Notes: generated by a model not told the origin, from the letters alone. 41,889 bases of DNA from Anaerolineae bacterium (GCA_011371305.1 DRQW01000137.1:1-41889); one strand, 5' to 3'; positions 8,563-17,816 are shown, counted from the first letter of the stretch. Made by a program: numbers and translations.

Positions 8563-10607
8563 GAGGGGTTATCTGGGGATGTGGTTCGGGCGGTCAAAAG
8601 TTTGAACAGGGCCCATGTGGCCACGACGAAAAGGAGATAGATGCCCAGGCCCACAATCAGGATGGTATTCAGATGATATTGCACGGCGTTGCCACTCATC
8701 AGCAATTCCTCGCCGGGGGTTGCAGTCCAGGTTTGTTTGAGGGGCGCACCGGGGCGAGGATACAGGGTAAGGGTGAAGCGTGCATGGCTGTTTTCCGTTT
8801 GCTCCCGCCAGACCTGCGCTTCTCGGGTCCAGATATCCTGGAGTACGGCATTGAGCGGGTCGGTAGGATCGAGGGCATTGGCGGCCCGTTCCAGGGTCAG
8901 GGCTTGGAGGCCCGCGTCAGCCGGGACGGCTACCAGACTGATGTATTCCTCATACCGCTCGACAGTACGCCAGCGTTGGTCGATGCGTTGCCACAAGAGG
9001 TTTTGAGGGAGCAGTACGCCGCGGAGCAACGCCCATTCGGGCCGGGAGGGGATGGCCTCGGCCAGAACACGCTGTCGATGAATTAAGTCCTGGTCATCCG
9101 CGAAAGGAATAGCGATGTGAAGCAGGATAGGGTCAGTTTCGATTAGTTCGAGATCAGCGGCTCCGGTTTGGGCCAAGCTAGCCGCGAGTTCGTTGATAAT
9201 GGTCTGGTCGTTGTCCCGAAGGGCAGCGCTGAGGTTGATGGTCCGCAGGTGGGATTCGGTTTGGATGTCGAGGTCTAAGGAATTGATGCGAGCAAAATCT
9301 GCACCGGGCGGAGGTGCTGCTGCTGCATCGCCCAGGCTTTGCGCGAGCACCTGGCGGGCGGGTGCGGGCCCCTGATCTTCCAACACATGGCGCACCCAAT
9401 CGATGGTCAATGCCCGGCGCTGTTCCTGGATGGCCTGGCTGTTTGCCAACTGAGGATATTGCTGGGCAATGGTTTCCAGTCGTCGAAGATAGGCATTGGC
9501 GGCATCGAAGTCACCGCGAGCGCGAGCCCGGGCTACCAGCGAAGCCACGCCATCGATCACGTTTTGTTGGATGGCTGGATCGTCGGCCCCGCGTTGCAAA
9601 GCCTGGGTGAGTTCGTTAATGGCTAGGGAAGTGTAAGAGGCAGCTTCTTCGGGGGATCGTTCCGCGCGTAGCTGATAGAGTTGAGCCAAAGCCAGATAGG
9701 CTTCGGTGTCGTCGGGGTTGAGCTGTTGCGCCTGGGCATAGGAAGCCACGGCCAGGGGATAGTAACGCTCGAAGATGGCGGGATTTTGCGTGGCGGTCGC
9801 GAGTCGGGTGTAGATGGCCCCCAGGGCTTTATGGGCCTGGGGGGAGCCTTCCTGGGCCGCCCGACGTCGTGCTTGCTGGATGTCTTTCCACAACGAAGGG
9901 CGGATGAATAGGAAATCGATGGGCTGCTTGGGGTCTTTCAGGTCATAGGACCAGGTGACCGCTTCGGCGCTGAGCTGGTAATTTTCAGGCGTCAGCGAGA
10001 TCCACGATTGGGGATTGGGTGGTTCGGCAAAGGCAATGGTGAAACGCGCGCTTTCCAAACGTCCGGGCCACAGCTCACCGGTCAGGTCCATGGGATAAAC
10101 AAAGTGGGCCAGGGGGCCGTCGCCCACTTTGGCGGAATACGTCATCACCAGGTTGGCCCGCTGGTCGGGGCTCAGCGTGATGGTGGCCAACCACCATTGC
10201 TGATTCCCGGGCTCTAGGGGCAGCTCTCGGCCGTTCAATTGCAGGGTGATGTTTTTCGGTGGAGGTTTAGGCACTGGATAACCGGGGATCGCCACCTTTG
10301 TGGAAACTTTCTCGCCTTTATTGCGGTTGTGCAGACGGTAATTGACCTGGACTTCGGCGATGGTGCTTTGCCCGTCATCATGAAAACTCACGTCCACGGT
10401 CATGGACAATAACGCGATCTTACCCCGCTGCAAGGGCATCAGCGTGTAACCGCCCGGATACTCGCCTTGAGCATCGACTATCTGACCGCTAGCCATTGCC
10501 AGCATGAAAGCAACAAAAGTCAAGAGCCCGCGCCATCCTTGCATCCAGATGCGGCTTCTGCTATGCTGATAAAACTGCCATTTATTGCCGAAGGATAATT
10601 TCATCAT
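8559..10607 (-). CDS. hypothetical signal-anchored protein with central TPR-like helical repeats and a C-terminal TM helix
   Basis: 707 aa ORF (open to 10682, TTG). Likely start is MMKL (10607) or MQGWRGLL (10544), ahead of the hydrophobic segment LLTFVAFMLAMA. ATGA overlap with the transglutaminase start (8559-8562). C-terminal TM segment ILIVGLGIYLLFVVATWALF. Confidence 0.6.
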   Translation of the reverse strand: MMKLSFGNKWQFYQHSRSRIWMQGWRGLLTFVAFMLAMASGQIVDAQGEYPGGYTLMPLQRGKIALLSMTVDVSFHDDGQSTIAEVQVNYRLHNRNKGEKVSTKVAIPGYPVPKPPPKNITLQLNGRELPLEPGNQQWWLATITLSPDQRANLVMTYSAKVGDGPLAHFVYPMDLTGELWPGRLESARFTIAFAEPPNPQSWISLTPENYQLSAEAVTWSYDLKDPKQPIDFLFIRPSLWKDIQQARRRAAQEGSPQAHKALGAIYTRLATATQNPAIFERYYPLAVASYAQAQQLNPDDTEAYLALAQLYQLRAERSPEEAASYTSLAINELTQALQRGADDPAIQQNVIDGVASLVARARARGDFDAANAYLRRLETIAQQYPQLANSQAIQEQRRALTIDWVRHVLEDQGPAPARQVLAQSLGDAAAAPPPGADFARINSLDLDIQTESHLRTINLSAALRDNDQTIINELAASLAQTGAADLELIETDPILLHIAIPFADDQDLIHRQRVLAEAIPSRPEWALLRGVLLPQNLLWQRIDQRWRTVERYEEYISLVAVPADAGLQALTLERAANALDPTDPLNAVLQDIWTREAQVWREQTENSHARFTLTLYPRPGAPLKQTWTATPGEELLMSGNAVQYHLNTILIVGLGIYLLFVVATWALFKLLTARTTSPDNPS

Positions 10608-10917
10608 GACGTCGAAGCTACGCTTAATCCTCACCTGGAACATCCGCCCGGGGCGAGAACAGGAATACTCGATGTTTGTCAACGACAGGTTGGCGCCAGG
10701 CGTGGTTGAATTGGGGCTGCCGCCGCATGATGTGTATTATACCGCTTACGGGAATGTCCCGCAGATTATGGTGGTGCTGGATATTCCGGATATCGCGGCT
10801 TTGCCAGGTATTTTGAATTCGCGGCAATGGCAGGAATTGAAGCGGGAATTGTTCCAGTATATCGAAGATTACGAAGAAAGGGTAGTGAAAGTCGATGGCG
10901 ATGGGGGGGTTTTCTAA
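10606..10917 (+). CDS. small hypothetical protein (about 103 aa)
   Basis: ORF 10585..10917. AAGGA lies 10 nt before ATG 10606. No family recognised. Confidence 0.45.
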   Translation: MTSKLRLILTWNIRPGREQEYSMFVNDRLAPGVVELGLPPHDVYYTAYGNVPQIMVVLDIPDIAALPGILNSRQWQELKRELFQYIEDYEERVVKVDGDGGVF

Positions 10918-10997
10918 AAGAATGTTAAAAATCTCGCGATGGCTTTACATCGTGAAGCAGAACCCATGAACATCACGCTTCAACAACAAAGGGCGAA

Positions 10998-11717
10998 ATG
11001 ACTACATCGCAAACGCAAATGAAGCAAGCTGCTGCCCGCCACGCCTTGGCACTGGTGGATGATGGCATGGTGATCGGACTGGGCACAGGTTCCACCACGG
11101 CCTTCTTTGTGCAGTATTTGGGGGAAGCGTTACAGCAAGGCCGGCTGAGAGATATCCGTGGCGTTCCCACTTCGGAGCGCACGGCGCGACAGGCCCAGGC
11201 GTTAGGCATCCCTTTGGTTTCCCTGGATGATGTCTCTGCCATCGATCTGGCCATCGATGGCGCAGACGAGGTGGACCCCCAGTTAAATCTCATCAAAGGC
11301 CTGGGCAAAGCTTTGCTACGCGAGAAGCTTGTGGAAATCCACGCTCGGGCGTTTTGGGTAATTGTGGATGAGAGTAAGTTGGTGGAGCGATTAGGCGAGC
11401 ATGTGCCCTTGCCGGTCGAGATCGCGCCCTTTGGGGCCCGGGCCACAGTTCGCTGGTTGAATTCGTTGCCTGGGGTGCGTGCGGAACATTGGCTGCGGGA
11501 AGATGGCCAGCCCTGGATCACGGATAATGGCCATTATTTGGCTTTGTGCTGGTTTGATGATGGGATCCCCAACCCCAGGGCCCTGGCACGGACGTTGAGC
11601 GCCTGGCCCGGTGTTATGGAACATGGCTTGTTTATTGACATGGCTACCGGGGCCATCGTGGCCACGCCAGAGGGGGTGAAGACCATGGTGAAGAATCCGC
11701 GGGGCGTGGCGGGTTGA
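10998..11717 (+). CDS. rpiA: ribose-5-phosphate isomerase A
   Basis: GLGTGST, DGADEVD and KGLGKALLREK motifs. 239 aa. Confidence 0.93.
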   Translation: MTTSQTQMKQAAARHALALVDDGMVIGLGTGSTTAFFVQYLGEALQQGRLRDIRGVPTSERTARQAQALGIPLVSLDDVSAIDLAIDGADEVDPQLNLIKGLGKALLREKLVEIHARAFWVIVDESKLVERLGEHVPLPVEIAPFGARATVRWLNSLPGVRAEHWLREDGQPWITDNGHYLALCWFDDGIPNPRALARTLSAWPGVMEHGLFIDMATGAIVATPEGVKTMVKNPRGVAG

Positions 11718-11733
11718 CACAGGTTGGGCGAAG

Positions 11734-12573
11734 CTATCCGCCTTCGTCTTCTGCTAACGATGCAGCCAATGTTTTGGCCCGATGCGCGGCTTCGCGGAAA
11801 ATCTCGGCAATGGTTGCTTCCTCCACCACCTGCACAGAAGTCAGTCCCTTCATCTCCTCGAAAGTGAGATCGGTTTCCAATGCCAAGGCTGCCACCCCCG
11901 CCATCATCTTGGCGGCCATCCAGCGGGCGTCCGTGGGCGAAAAGCCCGCGTCGATGCCGGCCTGGGTCATCCCTTCCAGCACGGGCAACAGCCAGCGCAT
12001 GGACGCACCGGTCAAACCCACGGCCCAATCCATTTGATCATCCTCGATGACAATACTCTCACCCAGCGCGTTCAGAATCGCCTGGACTTGCATGCGCACA
12101 TCCAGCGTACAGCCTCGACCATAAGCCACCGGGTTAACCCCACGGCCTATCAGGGAAAGGGCATTGGGCATGATGCGTACCACCGCAACAGGTTGGGGCA
12201 GGGTGGCTTCCAGGCGGGATAATGACATCCCCGCGGCGAAGGAGATCACGGTCTGGCCTTCGCCCAGGCGGGATGCTATGCGTTCCAGAGTGGGGCGCAC
12301 CCTTTTTGGGGGGGTGCAGATAAGCCAGAGATCAGCTCGGCAGCATGCGTCGCTCAGGGGGCACACCTTGAGGCCGAATTCGCGCTGGGCGCGGGCTCCG
12401 CGCACGGGATCATCATCACACACCATGAGCTGTTGCTTGCGCAGCCCTGCGAGCTGCAAGCGCTGAATCAGGATGCGCCCAATGACGCCCACGCCGATGA
12501 TCGCCAGGCGTTTAGCCTGCAACGAGGTGATCTCATGGGAGGCATGAGAGAGTGGATGGCCTTTCGGATTCAT
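11734..12573 (-). CDS. pyrroline-5-carboxylate reductase family protein (divergent ProC-like)
   Basis: N-terminal Rossmann motif LAIIGVGVIGRIL and a ProC-like dimerisation half, but the usual TSPGGTT region is not conserved. ATG 12573 forms an ATGA overlap with the USP stop; the TTG start at 12588 is less likely. Confidence 0.6.
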   Translation of the reverse strand: MNPKGHPLSHASHEITSLQAKRLAIIGVGVIGRILIQRLQLAGLRKQQLMVCDDDPVRGARAQREFGLKVCPLSDACCRADLWLICTPPKRVRPTLERIASRLGEGQTVISFAAGMSLSRLEATLPQPVAVVRIMPNALSLIGRGVNPVAYGRGCTLDVRMQVQAILNALGESIVIEDDQMDWAVGLTGASMRWLLPVLEGMTQAGIDAGFSPTDARWMAAKMMAGVAALALETDLTFEEMKGLTSVQVVEEATIAEIFREAAHRAKTLAASLAEDEGG

Positions 12574-13430
12574 TTTTGGCGTTGGCAAACCATTACAGGC
12601 ACAGGAGCTTTATGGATGACATCATCGACGGTGGAACCCAGGATCGCGGACAAAAAACGACTGTGGCCATACGCACCGAGGAGGATGAGATCGACATCTT
12701 CCTCGGCTGTGACCTTGAGGATTTGTTCAGCGACGTGGCCCTTAACAAATCGCCGTTCAGCCGCGATGCCCTGCTCCCGGGCCATGGCAGCTGCTTCGAA
12801 ACTAGCTGCAGCACGGTCCTCTTTCCCGTCATCCACCGTTAACAGGATGAGCCTTCGGTCTCTTTCCAACGCCATATGCAATCCGATCTCCAGTGCATCC
12901 TTCGCCCGATCACTTCCATCGTAAGCCACCAACATGGTGTGTAAGGGGCGGGGATCGCTCACCGTAGCTAACACGGGGCAAGGTGCTTGTCGCACTACGG
13001 CCTCGAAGGTGGAACCGAACAATGGGCCCAACCATTTACCTCCTACTCCGCGACGTCCCATGACGATCAGGTCCACTTCTCTGGCATATTCCAGAATGAT
13101 TTCAAAAACCACGCCCGATTCAAAATAGGTCTCAATCTCCACCCCCGCAGTTGTGGCCTGCTGACGCAGATCGCGCAAGGCTTTTTCGCCCAATTCTCGT
13201 AATTGCTCGCGCAAGAACTCGGTTTGTTTCATCAGCATGGGGTCATAGCTGGGCGAAAGGGGGTCCATGACATCCACTGAGGTGAGGAAGGGTGCGGAGA
13301 TGATTTTCTCCTCGGCAATGAAGAGCCCGATCAACCTGGCACCCTCTTCCTGGGCAATGGCAATGGCGTGATGGGCCGCAACCCAGCTTTCACTTGAATT
13401 GTCGATGGGGATTAAAATGCGATCGAACAT
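12570..13430 (-). CDS. universal stress protein, tandem UspA domains
   Basis: 286 aa with two Usp domains (MFDRILIPIDNS ... ; HTMLVAYDGSDRAK ... GSTVDDVIHKAPVPVMV). Confidence 0.85.
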   Translation of the reverse strand: MFDRILIPIDNSSESWVAAHHAIAIAQEEGARLIGLFIAEEKIISAPFLTSVDVMDPLSPSYDPMLMKQTEFLREQLRELGEKALRDLRQQATTAGVEIETYFESGVVFEIILEYAREVDLIVMGRRGVGGKWLGPLFGSTFEAVVRQAPCPVLATVSDPRPLHTMLVAYDGSDRAKDALEIGLHMALERDRRLILLTVDDGKEDRAAASFEAAAMAREQGIAAERRFVKGHVAEQILKVTAEEDVDLILLGAYGHSRFLSAILGSTVDDVIHKAPVPVMVCQRQK

Positions 13431-13502
13431 GATTCAAACCATGTTAGAGATAAATTAAGGTCCTTGGAGATTGGTAGAGATTGATTTTGGGGTGATGTCG
13501 CG

Positions 13503-13991
13503 TCAGCGAAGGATTTTGGGTTTAATCAGCCATTGTAAATGTGCCCCATCCTCTTCCACATCCGCCCAGGCATCGGCATAAAGGCGCATACTGGCGATAG
13601 CTGCGGTGGGCATACGCACTCGGCCTCCTCCCAACAGCTCGATGATGTCCTCCATGCCAGGATTATGCCCCACCAACATGACCGTGTCTGGGTACTCGGG
13701 TAGCTCCCGGATGACGGTGAGCAGCATGCCGGGTGAGGCCAGGTAGATCCGTTTGTCGAAGGCCAGTTCGCCTTGGAAGGTGTCCGTGCGTGCGATGTAT
13801 TCTGCGGTGAGGCGCGCCCGCATGGCGGGGGAACTGACGATTAGATCGGGCATGAGATGGTGCTGGGCCAGGAATGCGGCCATCATGGGCGCGTCCCTTT
13901 GGCCGCGTTTGTTGAGTGGGCGCTCGAAATCCGTGCGATATTGGGCACCCCAATCCGATTTTGCGTGTCGCATGAAGAGGATGGTTTTCAT
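13503..13991 (-). CDS. sixA: histidine phosphatase superfamily protein, SixA-like phosphohistidine phosphatase
   Basis: MKTILFMRHAKSDW (RHA/RHG motif) and LVGHNPG. 162 aa when started at ATG 13991. The upstream ORF extension runs through a repeat element. Confidence 0.8.
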   Translation of the reverse strand: MKTILFMRHAKSDWGAQYRTDFERPLNKRGQRDAPMMAAFLAQHHLMPDLIVSSPAMRARLTAEYIARTDTFQGELAFDKRIYLASPGMLLTVIRELPEYPDTVMLVGHNPGMEDIIELLGGGRVRMPTAAIASMRLYADAWADVEEDGAHLQWLIKPKILR

Positions 13992-13993
13992 GG

Positions 13994-14108
13994 CTGTTCT
14001 GAAAATAGAGTTGGTAAACCGGGAAACCGGTAGATCGGGTGGGGGAGCGAATCGCCCCAGTTTCCCTGGTTTCCAGGTATACCGGGCTACCGCCCACAAT
14101 TTTCGTCC
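13994..14108. repeat. long imperfect palindromic intergenic element, copy B (same family as 6056-6186)
   Basis: Aligns end to end with copy A in the same orientation (GAAAATAGAGTTGGTAAACCGGGAAACCGGTAGA ... GAGCGAATCG ... TGGTTTCCAGG ... TACCGGGCTA ... ATTTTC). Confidence 0.7.
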
Positions 14109-14206
14109 GTATCCGCCGCGGGTTCGCCCGCCGTCGGACTGTTCTGAAATAACGTCGTGTTCGTTAGCAAAATCAACTCGAAGCCCACGTTAGGCGAAGT
14201 ACCAAT

Positions 14207-14252
14207 GGGCGTGAAACGTGATGCGTGAAACGTGAGGACTTGCGCATCACGC
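14207..14252. repeat. 46-nt intergenic repeat, copy 1 (45/46 identical to 24796-24841)
   Basis: GGGCGTGAAACGTGATGCGTGAAACGTGAGGACTTGCGCATCACGC. Contains tandem GCGTGAAACGTGA x2 and a 9-bp stem CGTGATGCG/CGCATCACG. Confidence 0.85.
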
Positions 14253-14408
14253 ATGACGTATCACGGGATCGGCTTCCCACGCCAACCTGGCGCGAGGCAT
14301 GTTCATCCCTACCAGATCGGCGTCGACGAGCGGTTGTAGAGGGCGCGCTGATAGGAGTGGAGCACGTGACTTATCTCACTTCCATTGTAAACCCGAATGC
14401 TCAGCTTT

Positions 14409-15452
14409 TCAAGCCCGATGTTTGGTCCCTTCGTATTGCATGGCCACGGCTACGGCCCCGGCCCGGTTGTTCACGCCCAGTTTCTCGAAGATCGCCCGCA
14501 AATGCCGTTTCACGGTATTAGGAGAGATGACCAGGGTGTCGGCAATGGCTTTGTTGCTCATCCCTTGCACCAATAGTGCCAGCACCTCCCGCTCCCGTGG
14601 AGATAGTGTGTCCAGAGGTGAAGGCGTCGGCGTCTTGATCAACGAGGTGACTTTACGCTGGAAGGCTTTTCGGTCAAAGCCTTGTTTTTCAAAGAACGCG
14701 ATGGGCGCGAATTCCATCAGAATGCGGTCTAATTGGGCGGGCGTTGCCATGCCGCTGACCAGAATAGCGGGAATCGCTCGCGCCTGAAGACGAGCCAGCA
14801 AACGCAAGCCATCCTCATTGGCATTGGGCTGAGAGGAACTGGCCAAAGCGATATCCACTACGGCCAGGGCGAAGTCCTCTTCCCGCATGGCCACCAAAGC
14901 CTGGCCATAACTGGCCGCGGTTTCCACATCCACCCCGGCATCGATAAGGAGCTCCGCCAGCAACGCCCGCCACCCCGCGTCATCTTCTACCAACAGGGCG
15001 CGGGCCGCGGACGGGGTGGGGGACGTGGTCGAACTTGGTTGTGTTTCCGGGCGTGCCTTTTGTCCCGAAGGTTGGGCCAGAAGCGCGCGCACCAGGGTCT
15101 TAAACTCCCGCCGACTAAAGCGGTTTTTTTCCAGCAATGTCACCGCACCGTATTCGCGCAACGCGGCCACGGTCACATCCACTGTGGCGTAACCTGTCAG
15201 CATCACCGCCTGGCAATCAGGATCGTACCGTTGCAACGCGGCAAGAACCTCCAGCCCATCTCGATTGTGGTGATCTCGCCCAGCCAGGGAGAGATCGATG
15301 ACCGCGATGCGGTGGGGATGGGCCCGGATCTGCTTCCGGGCACCATCCAAATCGATGGCGATATCCACGGTTAACCCGGCGTCTTCCAACAATTCGGTCA
15401 AAATCTGACGCCAGGCGTCGTTGTCTTCAACGATCAGAGCTCGTGAAGGCAT
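14409..15452 (-). CDS. response regulator with two receiver domains and a C-terminal LuxR/FixJ-type HTH
   Basis: REC1 (ALIVEDND ... AVIDLSL ... MLTGY ... LEK), REC2 (ALLVEDDAG ... AVVDIAL ... LVSGM ... FEK), and [39 protein letters not shown]. Start taken at MPSRAL (15452); an alternative ATG is at 15476. Confidence 0.88.
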   Translation of the reverse strand: MPSRALIVEDNDAWRQILTELLEDAGLTVDIAIDLDGARKQIRAHPHRIAVIDLSLAGRDHHNRDGLEVLAALQRYDPDCQAVMLTGYATVDVTVAALREYGAVTLLEKNRFSRREFKTLVRALLAQPSGQKARPETQPSSTTSPTPSAARALLVEDDAGWRALLAELLIDAGVDVETAASYGQALVAMREEDFALAVVDIALASSSQPNANEDGLRLLARLQARAIPAILVSGMATPAQLDRILMEFAPIAFFEKQGFDRKAFQRKVTSLIKTPTPSPLDTLSPREREVLALLVQGMSNKAIADTLVISPNTVKRHLRAIFEKLGVNNRAGAVAVAMQYEGTKHRA

Positions 15453-15645
15453 GAGGCGTGAAAGTGAAGAAAGCATGAAGAGCGAAGATGGCTTGCCTGA
15501 AAAACGCTTATTTTGCAGAAAGATCGAGCATGTAGAAACGAAAAAGGGCGTTTCAAACCGTTTTTCTTGGCGAAATCTATTTTTTCCCTTTGTGCCTTAG
15601 CGACTGAGCGTAAGAAACGCCTTTTCAAAGCCAAGAGGAGGGTGG

Positions 15646-17649
15646 TCAATCCATGTCTTTTGCCAGGGGGAAGCGAAGGACAAAGGTTGTACCGGAAACG
15701 CCGTCGCTTTGCACGTGGATAGAGCCGCCAAAGCGGGCCATGATGGTTTTCACCCACCACAGGCCGAAACCGAGCTTGCCGGCGTGTTTTCGGCCCGAAT
15801 AGTTAAATTGGAAGACGGCGTCATGCAGATCGGGTGGGATGCCAGGGCCAGTATCTTCTACGGTCACCTGCACCCAATCCTCAATCAGTGCCCCGGCGAT
15901 GGTGATCTCGCCCCCTTCGGGCATGGCCGCGATCGCATTTTCGAGGAGATTGTGGAAGACGAGAGCCAAGCGACGGCGTCCAGCTACCACCCGAGGCAGC
16001 GCGTCCAGTCCCTGGCGGCGAATGTGGATTCCTTCCGGAAGTTCGATTTCGGCCAAGGCGGTGGCCACGGCTTCGGAAATGGAAGCCGCGGTCAGGGTGA
16101 TGGGCCGCAGGTGGATCAAGCTCTCGCGGACGATATCCAGGGCTTCCACCGCGCTGGTTCGGATCGCTTCCAGGTTCCGGGCGAGGTAAGGGTCATGAGC
16201 CAACGCCATCGCGCTTTTGTCCTGGATGCCTTCGATGCGCACCGGAATGATGCCGAGTTTGTTATTGAGTTGGTGCATCAGATTAGCGGCGATGTCCCCC
16301 ATGGCCGCGAAGGTTTCGGCCGCGGCCCGCTGTTCCCGGGCCAGGCGCAACGCCTCCTGTCGGCGGGCATTGTCGGCGGCCAGGGCTGCGTGACGGGCCA
16401 GGAGGATAAGCACTTTTTTGTCCCAATCGGAAGCGGAAAGGGAGGAAACATGGTGGCTGAATACCACCAGCGCGCCGGCCGGGCGTCCTCCCTCGCTGCG
16501 GATCATGGGCGCGGCCAGGGCTTCCCAGCTATCCATGCGAACGTGGCGGGGAGTGGAGGTGACGAGTTCGGGCAACCAGGACTGGACCCACGTATCGGGC
16601 GGAGACGCATCCTCAGGCTCGACCGCTTGAAGGAGGGGGCGTTCGTGGGCATGCGTCCACAAGGCCGCCGCGGGCGCGCCTAACAGCTCGCGGGCCAGTT
16701 GCACCACGCGGCGGTAGATGGTTGTTGTTGGGTCGGTGAGCAATCGAGCGGAAAGGTCTTGCAAGGCGTCGAGGAGCCGGGCTTCCTGGATAGCGATGAC
16801 CGCCTGGATGGCAAAGGATTGGAGAAGCAGGGCGTCATCATCGGTGAACGCACCCGGCTCGGGGCTTTCCAGGTTGATCACCCCTTCCAATCGCCCCCCA
16901 GGCGCGATAAGTGGGGTGGCCAGCTCGGAACGCATGCGAAATTCGTAGTCCAGAGGATAATACAATCCGGTCCAGGGCGGGGCCTGTACATCGGGGATGC
17001 ACAGGGTTTTGCGTTGCACCGCGGCCAGACCGGTGATGCTGGTTTCGTCCAGGGGTAAGGCTTCGGTGGCGGGGCGTCCCAGGTCATCGCCTGCAAGGGC
17101 GCGGGTGACCAGGGCCTGGCGGGATTCGTCCACCAGGCGGAAGATACCATAACGGGCACCTGTCACCTCCAGCGCCATCTGCAGGATGCTTTCCAGGGTT
17201 TCTTGCAGGCCCAGGCGGGAAGAAATGAGTAAATCTGCCCGGCGCAATCGCGCCAGTTCCTCCTCTTTGCGCCGAAGGTTTTGCTGCATTCGGGCGGTGT
17301 CCTGGGCTCGCGCCAGTACGGTGGCAGTATGGAGTGCGATGTTTTCCAACATGGCCTGTTGCGTCGGGCTCAGGCTTTGGCCCGTGGGCAGCATCACTGC
17401 CAGGGTCAGGGTGGGGGTAAGGGGAAAGCGTACAGCCTCCGCGGGGACGGTGGATGATGGTAGGATGGCAGCACGTGCACCCTTGGGTAGTAACGGGGTA
17501 AGGGCTGCGGCGATGTGCTCCCGTAAGGTTTCCGGATGCTCACTTCGGTTTTCGCCCAAGGCACGGATGGCCCGCAGGGTCTGGTTCAAAGCCTGCAAGT
17601 CGGGCATGGGGACCTGGATGGGGGTATTATGGTGTTTCATGAAGCGCAA
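15646..17649 (-). CDS. cytoplasmic sensor histidine kinase with GAF domains
   Basis: 667 aa with no TM helices. HisKA-like region (ANLMHQLNNKLGII) and HATPase_c (NLLENAIAAM ... VEDTGPGIP ... GFGLWWVK). Confidence 0.88.
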   Translation of the reverse strand: MRFMKHHNTPIQVPMPDLQALNQTLRAIRALGENRSEHPETLREHIAAALTPLLPKGARAAILPSSTVPAEAVRFPLTPTLTLAVMLPTGQSLSPTQQAMLENIALHTATVLARAQDTARMQQNLRRKEEELARLRRADLLISSRLGLQETLESILQMALEVTGARYGIFRLVDESRQALVTRALAGDDLGRPATEALPLDETSITGLAAVQRKTLCIPDVQAPPWTGLYYPLDYEFRMRSELATPLIAPGGRLEGVINLESPEPGAFTDDDALLLQSFAIQAVIAIQEARLLDALQDLSARLLTDPTTTIYRRVVQLARELLGAPAAALWTHAHERPLLQAVEPEDASPPDTWVQSWLPELVTSTPRHVRMDSWEALAAPMIRSEGGRPAGALVVFSHHVSSLSASDWDKKVLILLARHAALAADNARRQEALRLAREQRAAAETFAAMGDIAANLMHQLNNKLGIIPVRIEGIQDKSAMALAHDPYLARNLEAIRTSAVEALDIVRESLIHLRPITLTAASISEAVATALAEIELPEGIHIRRQGLDALPRVVAGRRRLALVFHNLLENAIAAMPEGGEITIAGALIEDWVQVTVEDTGPGIPPDLHDAVFQFNYSGRKHAGKLGFGLWWVKTIMARFGGSIHVQSDGVSGTTFVLRFPLAKDMD

Positions 17650-17816
17650 TGAATCATGACAGATCGCTATTCCGGGCAGGATGCGAAGTGTGGAACACAG
17701 CCTGGGCTTTTACAGCCAAGGCAGCGAACCAACTTAGGGGCGTGATTGATAAACCGAGCGTCTGAATGCATTTTATCATACGAATGTGGATGGGGATGGC
17801 CGCGGGTTCCTTGGCG

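Noticed and set aside
13992-14099. N-terminal extensions of sixA (to 14099) and galK (24620..24688) given by the ORF track
   Set aside because: The extensions translate the palindromic repeat elements. The shorter starts reproduce the canonical family N-termini and lengths (162 and 382 aa).
14225-14521. ORFs beginning MKREDLRIT at 14225 and 24814, which look like a conserved small protein
   Set aside because: Only the first 9 codons are shared, because they fall inside the 46-nt DNA repeat. The products diverge completely afterwards and have no ribosome-binding site. The conservation is at the nucleotide level.
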